Shown here: positions 1 to 11,749 of the stretch, piece by piece
Layout of the letters: each line of letters opens with the position of its first letter
Numbering within the stretch: the first letter of the stretch is position 1
Source: Octopus sinensis
Lineage: Eukaryota
Assembly (NCBI RefSeq): GCF_006345805.1
Contig: NC_043015.1
Coordinates: 14,632,001 to 14,696,000 of the forward strand
Length of the DNA: 64,000 nt
Direction of reading: 5' to 3'
Translations under genes and position numbers: made by a program
The notes under the pieces: model-generated
The model's database searches: none
What the model saw: the letters and a program-made list of their open reading frames with translations, nothing else
What the model was told of the DNA's origin: nothing

Positions 1-222
1 GGGGCAATAATAGGGTGACCAAAATGAGGCAATGGATGTAAAAAAAGCAAAACAAAAAAAAAACCCCAAAATAAAGAGTTAATTAGGTTAAGTTTTATTT
101 GTGAAATATTGTTGTTTTGAATATGCTGCAGAAAACGGTCTATGTCTGTGATGGTGATGGGGGGGGGAGCACTGGGAATGTGACCAAGGGGCTGGCAGCC
201 TGAAACCGTTTGGGAACCACTG
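1..222. mobile_element. Truncated end of a hAT (Charlie/Buster-like) non-autonomous element
   Basis: Ends in ...AAACCGTTTGGGAACCACTG (rc CAGTGGTTCCCAAAC), resembling hAT-Charlie terminal inverted repeats. The other end is not in the window. Confidence 0.4.
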
Positions 223-629
223 ATGGAGGAAGAGGAAATGATTGCAGCCAAATTGAAAAAAAAGCTGTCATGGATAGAATAAGTGGAATCCAACAGGAAT
301 GGAAACAAAATTAGCAAAAAATGAAAGAATTATAAAATTATAAACAAAAGAGGATTTAAAAAAAAAATTGTCCAATTTCACTGAAATTGATTTTTAATTC
401 TGAGACATCGTGTACAATGGGCCGTCAAAGTCAATGATATAAATGTATGTGTGTATGTCTCCACATAAATTCAAGGTTTGTTGTCACAAACACATTTTTT
501 ATCATCCATGTTATTCCTCCTAGTTGAACATATTTCCCTGAGACAACCAATTTGTCACATGGGAAATTTCTTTTATCTGCCTTTATTCTACACAAGCTCA
601 TCCTATTTTGTTACCTATAATCAATATTC

Positions 630-845
630 ATCAGCATGGCAGAAACACTAGTGCACGAGACTAAATGTTGATCCGTATTTTATCTGTTAACATTCTGAGT
701 TCAAATCCTGCTGGGGTTGGCTTTGTTCTTATATCCTTCTGAGATCAATAAAATAAGTATCAGTCAAGTATTGTAGTTGATTCAACTGATTATACACCCA
801 CTTCATACAAATTTATGACCTTGTGCCAATTTATGAAATCAATAT
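630..845 (+). mobile_element. tRNA-derived SINE, family B (decayed)
   Basis: Contains TTCTGAGTTCAAATCC (B-box-like) and TTTG..CTT.ATCCTT..GAG.TCAATAAAATAAGTA.CAG, shared with more than 10 other copies in the window. Confidence 0.65.
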
Positions 846-1771
846 TTGTTTACAAAAATAGAAAATGAAAATTAATGTTCCTGCTGATCATTTGCCATTT
901 ACATCTCTCTTTGAATATAATTTAGTATTTCAGACCAAAACTACCAACCTCCGCTACCAGAATCAAACTTTTATATTTCGTGAGTAATGTATGATCTTCA
1001 ATGTACCAGCCACTAAAACGATTTAGACAGTGTAGTATTTTCAAGTTCTCCCCGTTAGTCATAAAACTATTCCAATGTTATGCTAAAACCCATTAACATC
1101 TTCCTAATTCTAGAGTGGTAGGATAAAAAAAAAAAAAGCAGTAGTTTCTAAATGTTTTACAGTATTAAGTTTCATACATACACACGTGTGCACATGGACA
1201 CACGCATGTGCGTACCCCCCCATGCACACACACACATACGCACACACATGCACGTGCGCACCCCCCATGCACACACACACACAGATGTTATAAGTTCCAA
1301 TCCTAATGAAAATCATCTTTCATCTCTCCTAGGCTGATGTATCAAGCATCTACTTAAGTTAGTCAATCATCTATATCCAACTCCCAACAAATTTGAGGTG
1401 GCCTCTTGTTAATGAAAGAAATCAATATCTTCTTAATGCCAACAAAGGATCACACTCCATTCTTTACACATTTTCTTATGCTTATATCTTCAGTATACTT
1501 ATCCACCTAGAAATCATATGATGCTCAGTATCCATAAACAGACAGCCAAATGATTCATCTCTACTGTTTATAAGGAAATAATGTATTTATATGGAAGAAA
1601 AATAATGAAGGCTTTCTTGCAAAGGAAGAATTTTAGAGTTGGTTTTTATATTAATTATTCTAGCAGGTGCTACAGTGAGGTAAGCTTCTAGACAGCTGAT
1701 TTTTCACCCTGTTTCAATTCTTAGTAAAACCCTTCTTTTTTTACTTCTTTGGTTTTTATTCTGAGCCCCAT

Positions 1772-2068
1772 GAGTGGAGGTGTGTGGCTTAGTGTTTTGA
1801 GTATGACCATGAGGTCAATTCCCAGTGGCAAATTGTGTTCTGGAGCAAGACACTTTATTCACATTGCTGCAGTCCACTCAGCTGACAAAACTGAGTGGTA
1901 CCTGAAATTCAAAGGGTCAGCCTAGTCACATTCTGTATCATGTTGAATCTCCCTGAGAACTACATCAAGTGAATGCATGTTTGTGGAGTACTCAGCCACT
2001 TGTATGTTAATTTCATGAGCAGGCTGGATCAACTGGAACCCTTGTCATTGTAACTGATGGAAGGCCAG
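1772..2068 (+). mobile_element. tRNA-derived SINE, family C
   Basis: Head GGAGGTGTGTGGCTTAGTG, body AGCAAGACACTTTAT...CCACTCAGCTG. Its tail matches a partial minus-strand copy at about 27240-27345. Confidence 0.55.
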
Positions 2069-2439
2069 TTATGTGCCTGATGAGAAATGTGATGATGATG
2101 ATGATGATGAAAAAGATGATGTGTGGCAACAAGTGATGATGTACTGTGCTAGTGATGGCCTGTACAACCCACACAATCATTGAAAAACGGATGTGAAGTG
2201 ATGATGATGACAATGATAATGATGGGAGTAATGACTATGTTGATGATACTAATGACTTTTTCCTCTTCCTCTGAAATCAATAATGTTTTACTCTCCAAAA
2301 GTTTAATGATTGGAAAGATGATAAGAGTTATATTTATTTATTTGATGTACTTAAAAATGTTCAACAAAACCAGAAGCAGCAACTTCCAGTATTATTCACT
2401 TGCAGATGACTTATAATCCACATTGTATTTATTATTTCA

Positions 2440-2880
2440 GGAAGTGCACCTCTTTTCATGCTTCAGTGATATTTGCCAAATATCCACCAAGTGAAACAGA
2501 CTTGCCAGTATTTAGGTGCATGTGAATATCTAGAGACAGAATCTCCTGAACTTCTTCACCTGGTGGCAAAGACCCAAAACCATTTATTTTATTTGCAGAA
2601 AATTACAAAACCAACAACCCTTCCCCGCCACCAGTATAAATACACAAAGCATATTTCTCTGCCAATGAGGGAATATCTACATGGAGACTCGACCTACTAG
2701 AAATAGCAGCTGAATTTCTCTCAAAGCAAGTATACATCGGATAATGTAGAACAATAAACACAAAGAAAAAAGGGGGAAACACGTGCATGTGTATGTATAA
2801 TATTTCAAATGGTAGGAATGTACAGGCTCAGCCATTTCCTGATGAAGGAATATAATTTCATAGAGAAATTGTAGAAATAT
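2440..2880 (+). mobile_element. Decayed 3' end of a Penelope-like element
   Basis: Frameshifted reading resembles a GIY-YIG C-terminus (EIAAE..LKASIHR), followed by a hammerhead-like motif. 2820-2880 is homologous to 57905-57965. Confidence 0.35.
2834..2878 (+). ncRNA. Degenerate minimal hammerhead-ribozyme-like motif
   Basis: ATTTC-CTGATGA-AGGAA..TTTC..-GAAA-TT-GTA-GAAAT. Helix I ATTTC/GAAAT pairs perfectly; helices II and III are decayed. Confidence 0.4.
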
Positions 2881-2929
2881 GTACATATACATAAAATCAA
2901 AATAAGCAACAGGATATCAAGAAGTAATG

Positions 2930-3193
2930 CAGTATGACCATTTCAAGTGGCTCCATTTAATTGAAAAATGCAATCATTACATCACTTTAAATGTAGTGTT
3001 ATATTCAGCAGCACAAATAAATAAATAGAATTTTAACAAGTAGGACATAAAATATTTAAGAAGAATTATATTAGTATGTCCTACTTGTTAAAATTCCATC
3101 TATTTATTTGTGCAGCTAAAGATAGCATTGCATTTAAATTGATGTAATGATTGCATTGTTCAATTAAATGGAGCCACTTGAACGGTCATACTG
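2930..3193. mobile_element. Foldback MITE (CAGT...ACTG ends, TA flank; Tc1/mariner-pogo-like)
   Basis: Imperfect inverted arms 2930-3049 and 3075-3193 (e.g. CAGTATGACCATTTCAAGTGGCTCCATTTAATTGAA vs TTCAATTAAATGGAGCCACTTGAACGGTCATACTG) with a 25-nt loop. TA on the right, TG on the left. Confidence 0.85.
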
Positions 3194-3304
3194 TATTATT
3201 ACTTATTTACATTATTTACCACCTGGCTTGAATATAATGACACCAGTCGATTAAAAAAAATAAACTACCTTAGGAATGAGAACCCAGGTTCAAAATTTCC
3301 GCAA

Positions 3305-3350
3305 GACACCTGAAGAAGGCTGGAGAGTATATCAGCTGAAACGTTGTACT
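3305..3350 (+). ncRNA. Minimal hammerhead-like motif in a short Penelope-type terminal repeat (about 3270-3420)
   Basis: GACAC-CTGAAGA-A-GGCTG(gagagtatat)CAGCT-GAAACGTT-GTACT. Core intact, stem II of 5 bp, palindromic AACGTT in place of helix III, helix I partly decayed. Confidence 0.5.
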
Positions 3351-3666
3351 AACAACAAACAAGATGAGGACAAATATCCGTTGAATGTAAATAATTCTTC
3401 ATCTCTTAAATATAGAACTATACATTATTACTTGATATCTGGTTGCTTATTTTGATTATATATATATATATCTAGGTATCGTAATGCAAACAGAAATAAT
3501 AGAGGTCAAAATATGAGTATATGCATATTTTTATTAATATTTAGCAGAAGCAACAGAGTGACTCAAGGTTTGAGAGTTTTGTGCATTAGCACTTATTGAG
3601 TTTGATAAGACCTAACACATGAAATTCTTGGACTTTGAGTCACTCAGTTGCTTCTGCTAAATATTA

Positions 3667-3735
<69 letters not shown>

Positions 3736-3741
3736 TATATG

Positions 3742-3900
3742 CATGCAGGTGTAGTAACAAGTTTTTTTCCCAACCACATGGCTTGGTACAGTCCTACTGC
3801 ATTGCACCTTAGACAAGCATCTCCAACAACAGCTTTGAGCTGACCAAAATCTTGTGAGAAGATTTGAAAGAAGGAAACTGAAAAGAAGCTCATCGTATAT
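3742..3900 (+). mobile_element. tRNA-derived SINE, family A (5' half)
   Basis: Matches the family-A head and the CTTGTGAG..GATTTG...GGAAACTGAAAGAAG core. Confidence 0.7.
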
Positions 3901-3974
3901 ATTGTTGTTGTTGGCATCCTTTTGTCTTGGGAGACAATGGAGTAGTGCATAAAATAATCCAGTCTGATTTTTAC

Positions 3975-4440
3975 ATTTCATGTCCTTTACATCTGCTGTG
4001 CCTGTGTAATCCTACCCTGGACAAACACTCCCTCTGGCAGGTGACTCTGATGTAGCAGAAACTTTGCCTGGCTGGTTGTGACGTCATTTTTTCCAGTTTC
4101 CTCTCCAGTTTTGCGCAGGCCTGGGCTAGATGTAAGAATATCCTGTGTAGCCCAATCATCAAGATTCCTATCTCAACCTTGCTGACGTAGTCCAAAGGAG
4201 TGCAGAGCATTATGTTTGGCACCAGCTTGGTTGTCGGAGCTGCCGTAAGAGTGTCAATTCGAACACTAAACCGGCTACAGGGCTCCACTCTGGATTTCTT
4301 TGAAGGTTGTCTCCTTTCTGTAATCCTGGATAGGGGCCCATACTGGGTACTGTCACCCGGAGCCGGCTGAGCCCGGGATTCGTGTCAGGCAGGGTCCTTA
4401 CTCCCTAAAGTAATGAGGAAAATCGTTACCCACTACCTAT
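3975..4440 (-). mobile_element. RTE-clade LINE-derived fragment
   Basis: GC-rich island. The minus frame ends ...CQRECLSRVGLHRHSRCK, like the RTE ORF C-terminal CxRxCxSRIGLxSH motif. Confidence 0.5.
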
Positions 4441-4468
4441 ATATATATATATATATATATATATGTTA

Positions 4469-4585
4469 GTTTCATACTCTAAAACATTTAGCTGTATAGG
4501 TAACTCGTCAGACTCTGGTCATTTTGAGTCTGACAAGTAACCTATACAGTTAAGTGCTTTATAGGTGTGAAACCAATGGTCGCTC
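4469..4585. ncRNA. Head-to-head palindromic pair of hammerhead-like motifs
   Basis: Inverted arms 4469-4515 and 4526-4573. Plus copy: GAGT-CTGACAA-stem(ACCTATA/TATAGGT)-GAAAC-CAATG-GTC-GCTC. Minus copy: GAGT-CTGACGA-...-GAAAC, truncated at the (TA)n run. Confidence 0.6.
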
Positions 4586-4614
4586 TCTGCCTAGCCACAA
4601 GAAACAACCTTCTA

Positions 4615-4825
4615 AATATGTGCGTGTGTGTCTATGTTTGTCCCTCATCACTACTTGACAACTGGTGTAGGTGTGCTTGTCCCCGTAAGTTAGTGGTTCA
4701 GTAAAAGCTGCCGATAAAATAAGTACCAGACTTTAAAAAAAGGTTCTGGGGACGATTCATTCGACTAAAAATACTTCAAGGCGGTGACCCAGCATGGCTG
4801 CAGTCTAATGACTGAAACAAGTAAT
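4615..4825 (+). mobile_element. SINE family A (3' half)
   Basis: TGTTTGTCCC...CTTGACAAC...CCAGCATGGCTGCAGTCTAATGACTGAAACAAGTAA tail. Confidence 0.75.
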
Positions 4826-4832
4826 ATATAAT

Positions 4833-4920
<88 letters not shown>

Positions 4921-4949
4921 AGAGAAAGAGACAGAGAGGATTATTAATT

Positions 4950-6904
4950 GATTTATTTAACTGTTTCCTGTATTTATACCGTACAAAGTTTTGTTCAAGA
5001 GGAATTATTTAATTTTTTCAAAATATATGAAAGAAATATACGAAGTGAGAAAACATGAGGTTTACCAGTTGTGTGCGCGCGTATGTGTAAAAGAGAGAAA
5101 GAGAGAGAGGTGAATTCTCCCGATAAATATGTTCAACCCTGACGATATTTATGAAAGGAAAACCTTTAAGAAAAAGAAGGGGAAAAAAAAAACTTAGACG
5201 TCTATACCAGGTGACATTCGAAGTGCTCGAGATTTGGTTTCAATTCATATGGAAATCTCTCAATAAAAAGACTAAAAGACTCCGCAGGTTCAAATTACAA
5301 GTGATGGAATGTTGAATGGCGTAGTCCTCGTAAAGTTGATAGTTAATCTATATTAGTTTGATATTAGGAGGAGAAATTTGGATCAGGGTGTGCTAGAGAA
5401 AGACAGAGAGAGGGAGAGAGAGAGAGAAAGAGAAAGAGAGTGAGAGATAAATCCTGTTGGTATAGAGTGGAAGAGAGGAAGATAGGTGAAACGTAAAGGA
5501 TTAAGTCCATAAAGCTGTACGTGTTGAGGGAGATGCTATAGAATGAAAGAGAGATAAGATGAAAAAGTGGCAGATACAACACACTGTAGAAAGTAAAAAG
5601 AATAAAAAAAGAAAGGTAAAGCCTTACATAATAGTGAAAGGGGTCTATGTAACATGGAATGAGAGAAAAGCAGAACGAGGAAGGATAAATAAATGCAGGA
5701 GTTAGCTTCATTGGAAAAGAATTACGGAGCGAGGAAAGTGAAAGACAAAGCAAATTAGATTAAATAATAAATACTTATGAAGATAGAGAAATAATGAAAT
5801 AGACAGATTTAAAAAGAGATATAGATAGTGGATGAGAAAAAAGGGTGTGAGAGAGAGAGACGAATAGAAAGTATGAAAAATAGAGAGAGAAAGAAAGAGT
5901 GAGAGAAAAAGAGAGCGAAAGAGAGAGAGAGAGGAGCCGGACAGACAGACAGAGAATGTTGTGAGGAACGGGAGAGCGAGAGGGTGAGATATTAAGAACA
6001 GTGAACAGTCGTCATTCACAAATTTTCAATGGACGGACATACAACGTCTGATTATAACTCAACCGTCGAACCGTTTGATTTAGAAATTGGAGGACTATGT
6101 ACCATTTTTGAGGAAAATCCACACTATTGTGTAAGTGTCATTTAATTGTAACTTTACTCTTTGATTATTGTCTGTTGACAGCTCTATAAAAGACATCTGC
6201 ACTTTACTGTTCTTCAGCTGCAACCAGGCACCTGTTTGTACACACATGTGCAGGATAATTGTCAATGCATATCTGTAGATATGTTGGTCATGTAGTTGTT
6301 CACTATTAGTGTATTTATGAAGTAATATATATACATATATATACTTAAAGATGTAAAGAAATTTCACCTCGTGGCCATTTATTATCGGCTCCATTCTATT
6401 CAAAACATTTTACACGATATATCAATTAAATAACAAATGACACTTTAATTTCACGCCCTCCCTGACATTTGCAACATCGTTATACACATAACTTATAAAC
6501 ATATTTCACACCTCATTGCAGACTATATCGCAATGTCTATATGTGTGTGTTTGCCTTCGTAATCATGCATATGTGTACGTGTCTTGTTATGTACGTGTTT
6601 GTATCTACATACATGTACGCAGGATGTATGTTTGTAAGGTGTTTATATGGATATGTACAAATGTACGTAAGATACATTGACACATACTGGATGTTCACAT
6701 CTCTATGTATCAATGTATCTACGTACATACTTATTACATACACACACATACATATATTTGTGTGTGTGTATGATGTTTTACGATGTATGTATATACGAAG
6801 CTTCTATGTACGTATAGAAGATGTTTGTGTAAGCATGTTCATCCGTACCAACAAACACGCACATTGTTTATATGTACGTATGCATTAGATGATGTTTATA
6901 AGAA

Positions 6905-6936
<32 letters not shown>

Positions 6937-8350
6937 CATACGTACACACACATTCGTATACATGTATTCGGTCTATATGTATATGTACGCATGGTGTCCA
7001 GATATGTGTAGGTATCTTGTTTTAAAAACTCTATTCTTTCTCTAATATATATATATATATATATACACACGTACAGTCGTTGTTATTTATGACTATTTTG
7101 TGTTTGTATGCATCTCTATTGACTATATATATATATATATGCCTGCGGCGTGCCTACACTGTATTGACACCCGGAATGATTCTCTCTCTTTCCTTTTAGC
7201 ACTCTTTCATAGCATTTAAATTTAAACACACGACTTTAAACATGTTAACCCCCATAGTTGACTGTTTCCTTTCAATGCCACTGATTATTATATCCTTATA
7301 TACTTATCTGCAGATATATATGTTTGTATGTATATCTCTGTGATTGTTGCTGCATACTTGAAAATATGTTACTCGTTTGTGTTTCAACTTCCGTCAACAA
7401 ACTCTGATCGTCTTCATTATGTATGTTGGCAATCCTTCAGCTGCTATGACATACCTGTAGCTATCAGATCCAAATTTTTACTTCGTGGTCTTTATAGAAT
7501 TATAGGTTGAAATGCCCAGCTGTTCATTTCCTCAGTGATATACACTAGGCCATGTTGAAAACCGATTTAATGTTGACTCAGGCTCAGAAACAGCCAATAT
7601 GAATCTAATCATCCTTACGCAAACAAATGCCAATTCATTCAACAATATCTCATGTAGAATATACACACTCACGTATACGTACATATTTTTACATGTATTT
7701 ATTTACAAACATTTATATCACCTCAACTGCCCATTCATACATGAATTAAGATATGTTTACACACACGTTAAGTAAACATATAGTTCAGTTGGCAATAATA
7801 CCAACGCTTAAATCTTTCGCCAAATAATTTCTCATCCGAATTTTCCCTAAATATTATTGGAAATTTGGAACTCCCTTAAGTGTTTCTCACAACCGAATTC
7901 GTGATACGGAAAAGAAACAAGTGAAATTATAAATGTAAGCTTGAAAATTCAACATTGTGTTATAATTTGATTGAGATACTCTCGTGTGCCAAACAAGCAT
8001 TTAAGTATATAACTCCGCACCCCCATATGTATGTACGTGCGTACGTTACTTGTATGTATATGTATTATATATAAGCATATAATGTAATATGTGTGTGTGT
8101 ATGTATGTGTATTGCTCTCTCCCTACATATGTCATCATCATCATCACAGCTGCGTTTATACGCTTGCTTTGTTCAAAGGAAATTTTTGTTATGGTTGGAT
8201 GCCCTTTCTATCCTCAACCCTTCAGTTGTTTCGAATTTTACCACAGCCGGACATGTTTTCATGGCAGACTGGAAATGTAGGACCCTGCTTGTATGACAGT
8301 GACGCTCATCTACGACTATGATGCGAGGGACAAACGTATAGAACTTACAC
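4950..8350. promoter_or_regulatory. CpG-retaining region around the first coding exon (putative promoter/5' end)
   Basis: By eye, CpG dinucleotides are clearly more frequent here than in the unique DNA at 16-18 kb or 29-31 kb. Contains a long GA-rich tract (5360-6000) just upstream of the ATG. Confidence 0.4.
6029..6130 (+). CDS. Probable first coding exon of an unidentified multi-exon gene: MDGHTTSDYNSTVEPFDLEIGGLCTIFEENPHYC
   Basis: ATG at 6029 with an in-frame TGA upstream (6002-6004), 34 open codons of balanced composition, consensus donor GTAAGT at 6131, phase 0. Confidence 0.7.
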
Positions 8351-8676
8351 ACACAGAGCACACACAGAGTCATTCAGTTTCTGTCTGCTAAATCCACTCA
8401 CTACGCTTTAGTCAAACTGAGGGTGTCGTAGAAGATATTTGTTCAAGGTACCATACAGTAGGACTGAAACTGAAACCATGTGATTGGGTAGTGAACTTAA
8501 CTACATAGCCATGCCTGTGTCTATCTATCTGTCTGTCTGTCTGTATATATATATATATATATATATATAGTGTGTGTGTATACATACACAAACACATGAA
8601 ATTCCTCTTATGCCCAACATCTCTTTCAATATACCAATATTCTGTTGCACATGATGATGATATATATATATATATA

Positions 8677-8814
8677 GGCGCAGGCATGGTGTGTAGTAAG
8701 AAACTTGCTTCCCAACCACATGGTTGCGGGTTCAGTCTCACTGTGTGGCACCTTGGGCAAGTGACCAAAGCCTTGTGATAGGAATTGGTAGATGGAAACT
8801 GAAAGAATCCCGTC

Positions 8815-8850
<36 letters not shown>

Positions 8851-9034
8851 TTGTGTGTCTGTGTTTGTCCCCCACCATTGCTTGACAACCGATGTTGGTA
8901 TGTTTACATTCCTGTAACTAAGCAGTTTGGCAAAAGAGACCAATAGAATAAGTCTTGGGTTTGAATTCGACTAAAGACGGTGCTCCAGCATGGTCGCAGT
9001 CAGATGACTGAAACAAGTCAGGGAATAAAAGAAT
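8677..9034 (+). mobile_element. SINE family A, near full length
   Basis: GGCGCAGGCATGG head, B-box-like GGGTTCAGTCTC, central core, internal (TA)/(TG) tract, GACTGAAACAAG tail. Confidence 0.9.
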
Positions 9035-9139
9035 ATATACACACAAACACATACACACAGGCACGCAGACATACACACACAAACAGACATGCACACACAC
9101 ATACAACCATGCATAAATGTATATGTACATGTATTTGAA

Positions 9140-9246
9140 ATGATAAATATAGCTCTGCTGTTGCTGCTGATGACAAAGAAGACACATGGAAATGCTATTA
9201 TGAAAGGTTGTTGGATGAGGAGAATGCATATGATAAAGAGGAGCTT
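9140..9246 (+). mobile_element. RTE LINE ORF2 fragment
   Basis: Reads DDKEDTWKCYYERLLDEENAYDKEEL, like the RTE post-endonuclease WxxHYERLLNxENxW motif. Confidence 0.6.
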
Positions 9247-10676
9247 CGTCATGCTTTTACTTCAAGCATCTCCAAAGTAATGGAGATAACCATTAATAGT
9301 GATATTCTCCACTACCTTGAATGTTCCTCTATCTCCTTGGTGACCACAAGTCCGACTTCCACTGAGCCAGATCTACTGGAGACCTCCTTCACGTCATTCA
9401 CCTGTCACTTCAGAGAAATTGGTGACAGCAATGTTGTTGCTGAAATCAGTAAAACATTCAACCACATCTAAGCATATAAATCTCTTAAAACTTTCTGCTT
9501 ATGGGCTCCACCCATCTTTCATCTCTTTCATTAGTAACTTCTTAGCAGATCATACTATTGCAGCACTGTCTACTCTTTTCACAGTCAACTCTGGTATCCC
9601 CCAGGGTTCTGTTCTGCTCACCCTCCACTCTCTTCTTTTTACTCAACAATGACCTACTTGCTACTGTATTTGAAAATGCCCCTTGTTATTCAGATGGCAC
9701 ACTTTATTCCTCCCTAACATTCCCCAATCATACATCATCTACACACAACTTTGACACTATATACCAAACCTGCATTGATTTCAATAAATGAGTGTGTTTT
9801 CTAATCTTGTCTCTTTTAATGGCAAAATCACTCAAACATTACTCTTATTAACAAACAGCACCATACACCTCAAATCATAAATAGCACTTAGCTAGAGCAC
9901 TCAAAGTCCCTCCAAATGCTGGACCTTGCTGTCATCTAGGAGGTCTCCTTATAAACACACATCCTTAGCAAAGCTAGAAGTGCATCACAATGAGTAGCTC
10001 TTCTCTTTTCAGACTTCAGTGACTCTACAAAATTCAGATGAAGCCTGAAATTGAATACTGCATCCGTATCTGGGACATTATAACAAGGCTGCCACGATGC
10101 ACCCTTTCATCCTGGACCACACCCAGAGAAAGGCCACCTGCTTGATTTGCACACTATCATTGATGGACACATTCCAGCCCCTGACCTACAGACATACTTA
10201 TTTCTTTATTACCCACAAGGGGCTAAACACAGAGGGGACAAACAAGGACAGACATAGGTATTAAGTCAATTACATCGACCCCAGTGCATTAACTGGTACT
10301 TATTTATCGACCCCGAAAGGATGAAAGGCAAAGTCGACCTCGGTGGAATTTGAACTCACAACGTAACGGCAGACGAAATACCGCTAAGCATTTCGCTTGG
10401 CGTGCTAATTTTCTGCCAGCTCACCGCCAACATACTGTCTCCTCTCTCTTGTTTTTTCTATTGCTGTTATAATGGTCTCGTCTCATAATTCAACCAATGA
10501 GGTACTCCTGATCCATATGTTTCTCTCCACCTCTTGTCTCCTTGCTGTGTCCTACAAATCCTCAGTCCCACATTATGGATTATTCTCATTCCTTCTTTCT
10601 CTGGAATATCGTCATTGTTCACATTCTTCTTGTAGGCATTATTCTGCAACAATTTAACCAGAATATTAACACCCAT
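9247..10676 (+). mobile_element. Decayed CR1/L2-group LINE (RT domain to C-terminus), interrupted by a SINE
   Basis: TSSISKVMEITIN..L..YLE, KLSAYG..., SGIPQGSVL, YSDG (YADD position), KPEIEYC..IW, LDHTQRKATCLI, YSHSFF..LWN. Many frameshifts and stops. Confidence 0.85.
10199..10429 (-). mobile_element. SINE family B, full length, with 7-bp TSD
   Basis: rc head GGCGGTGAGCTGGCAGAAA, CpG-rich. ACATACT direct repeat at 10192-10198 and 10430-10436, and the LINE reading continues across it. Confidence 0.9.
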
Positions 10677-10776
10677 NNNNNNNNNNNNNNNNNNNNNNNN
10701 NNNNNNNNNNNNNNNNNNNNNNNNNNNNNNNNNNNNNNNNNNNNNNNNNNNNNNNNNNNNNNNNNNNNNNNNNNNN
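10677..10776. other. Assembly gap (100 N)
   Basis: Run of exactly 100 N, a typical placeholder for a gap of unknown size. Confidence 1.
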
Positions 10777-11745
10777 ATAAATATTCTTATTAAGATCTAG
10801 GAAACGTCTAAGAAATGACAACCGTCAGGTTAGTAATCTATAGTATACTAGTCCGAAGTGTTTCATTAACTGGATAATATCCTTCCTAAAACGATCTTGT
10901 GCTGGTCCATTGTATTAGCTGTTAAGGCGAGGGCATCATCTTTGTAGATGGCGAAATGTACGTTAGGGAATGTCTTACCTAAGGTATCTAGTAGAAAAAG
11001 TCCAATTAGATCACAGATGCCTGCCCCATCATATGAACCCATGCTCACATGAAAGCACCCTCTGTGTCGGTGTTTTTTACCCCCTTTGCGTCCTCACTGA
11101 AAAGTAAGGTCTTTCTAGCATGGAAGATTATTTCCTTATCATTGGTACTAATTTCTATGAAGTCACTAGCGAAGATGAGGGCTTTATCTAGCAGTTCTTT
11201 AGAGATAGAGGCATAAAAATCAACAATATCGAATTGTGTAAACCTCGCTTTTTTCTTATGCTTAATAGCTTTAAACCAGTCTACGACTTCTATACTATTG
11301 GACCCTTGTACTAGCCTAGTATCGGCTTAATTTTCCGTATTTATTTTATCTAAAATTTCTTTGCTAATAATCCCAAGTTCTGACTTGGCTGGTTGATAAG
11401 CCTACATTTAGGGTTGGAAAGGAAGTTTTCTTTATGATCTTTAATAGTATAAAGCCTCTTTTTGGGGGAGGGCTTCTATTTTTTGTTTTATCTAATTAAG
11501 TTTAGCGGCGATGACGCTAGCTTCTATTGATTTCGTTATATGTCTGTGCCCTACCTTAGTATAATTATTAATGATGCTGTTGTGTAGAGTTGTGTGTATT
11601 TGCTGTTATCTACCAGGTATAAGTTCTTGGTTTTATCCGAAAAAAGTGCTTTTTTCTTGGAGCTCTTTATATGATTAATCTTTTTTTCAATTTATGTTGG
11701 AAATCGTTAAAAGACTTACAAATTTTATTTTGCTCATAATTTTCA
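10777..11745 (-). pseudogene. Penelope-like element reverse transcriptase (frameshifted)
   Basis: Minus-strand reads include SDKTKNLYLVD, FTQFDIVDFYASIS, SMGSYDGAGICDLIGLFLL, AIYKDDAL, DRFRKDIIQLMKHFGL. These match Penelope RT motifs (MGSYDGAE.CELVG; YRDD). Confidence 0.9.
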
Positions 11746-11749
11746 GAGG

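Noticed and set aside
5139-5156. CTGACGA...GAAA hammerhead-like hit; similar bare hits near 2078, 9167, 18860 and 35164
   Set aside because: No stem II or helix I support, and two lie inside transposon coding relics.
6218-6295. Strong acceptor 87 nt after exon 1 (LQPGTCLYTHVQDNCQCIS...)
   Set aside because: No convincing donor before the stop. It could be an alternative or terminal exon, but there is no further evidence.
8412-8943. ORFs of 100-158 aa such as MSSNGGGQTQTHKH...TCPRCH
   Set aside because: Readings through SINE family A. The same peptides recur at every copy (20571, 43582, 43592).
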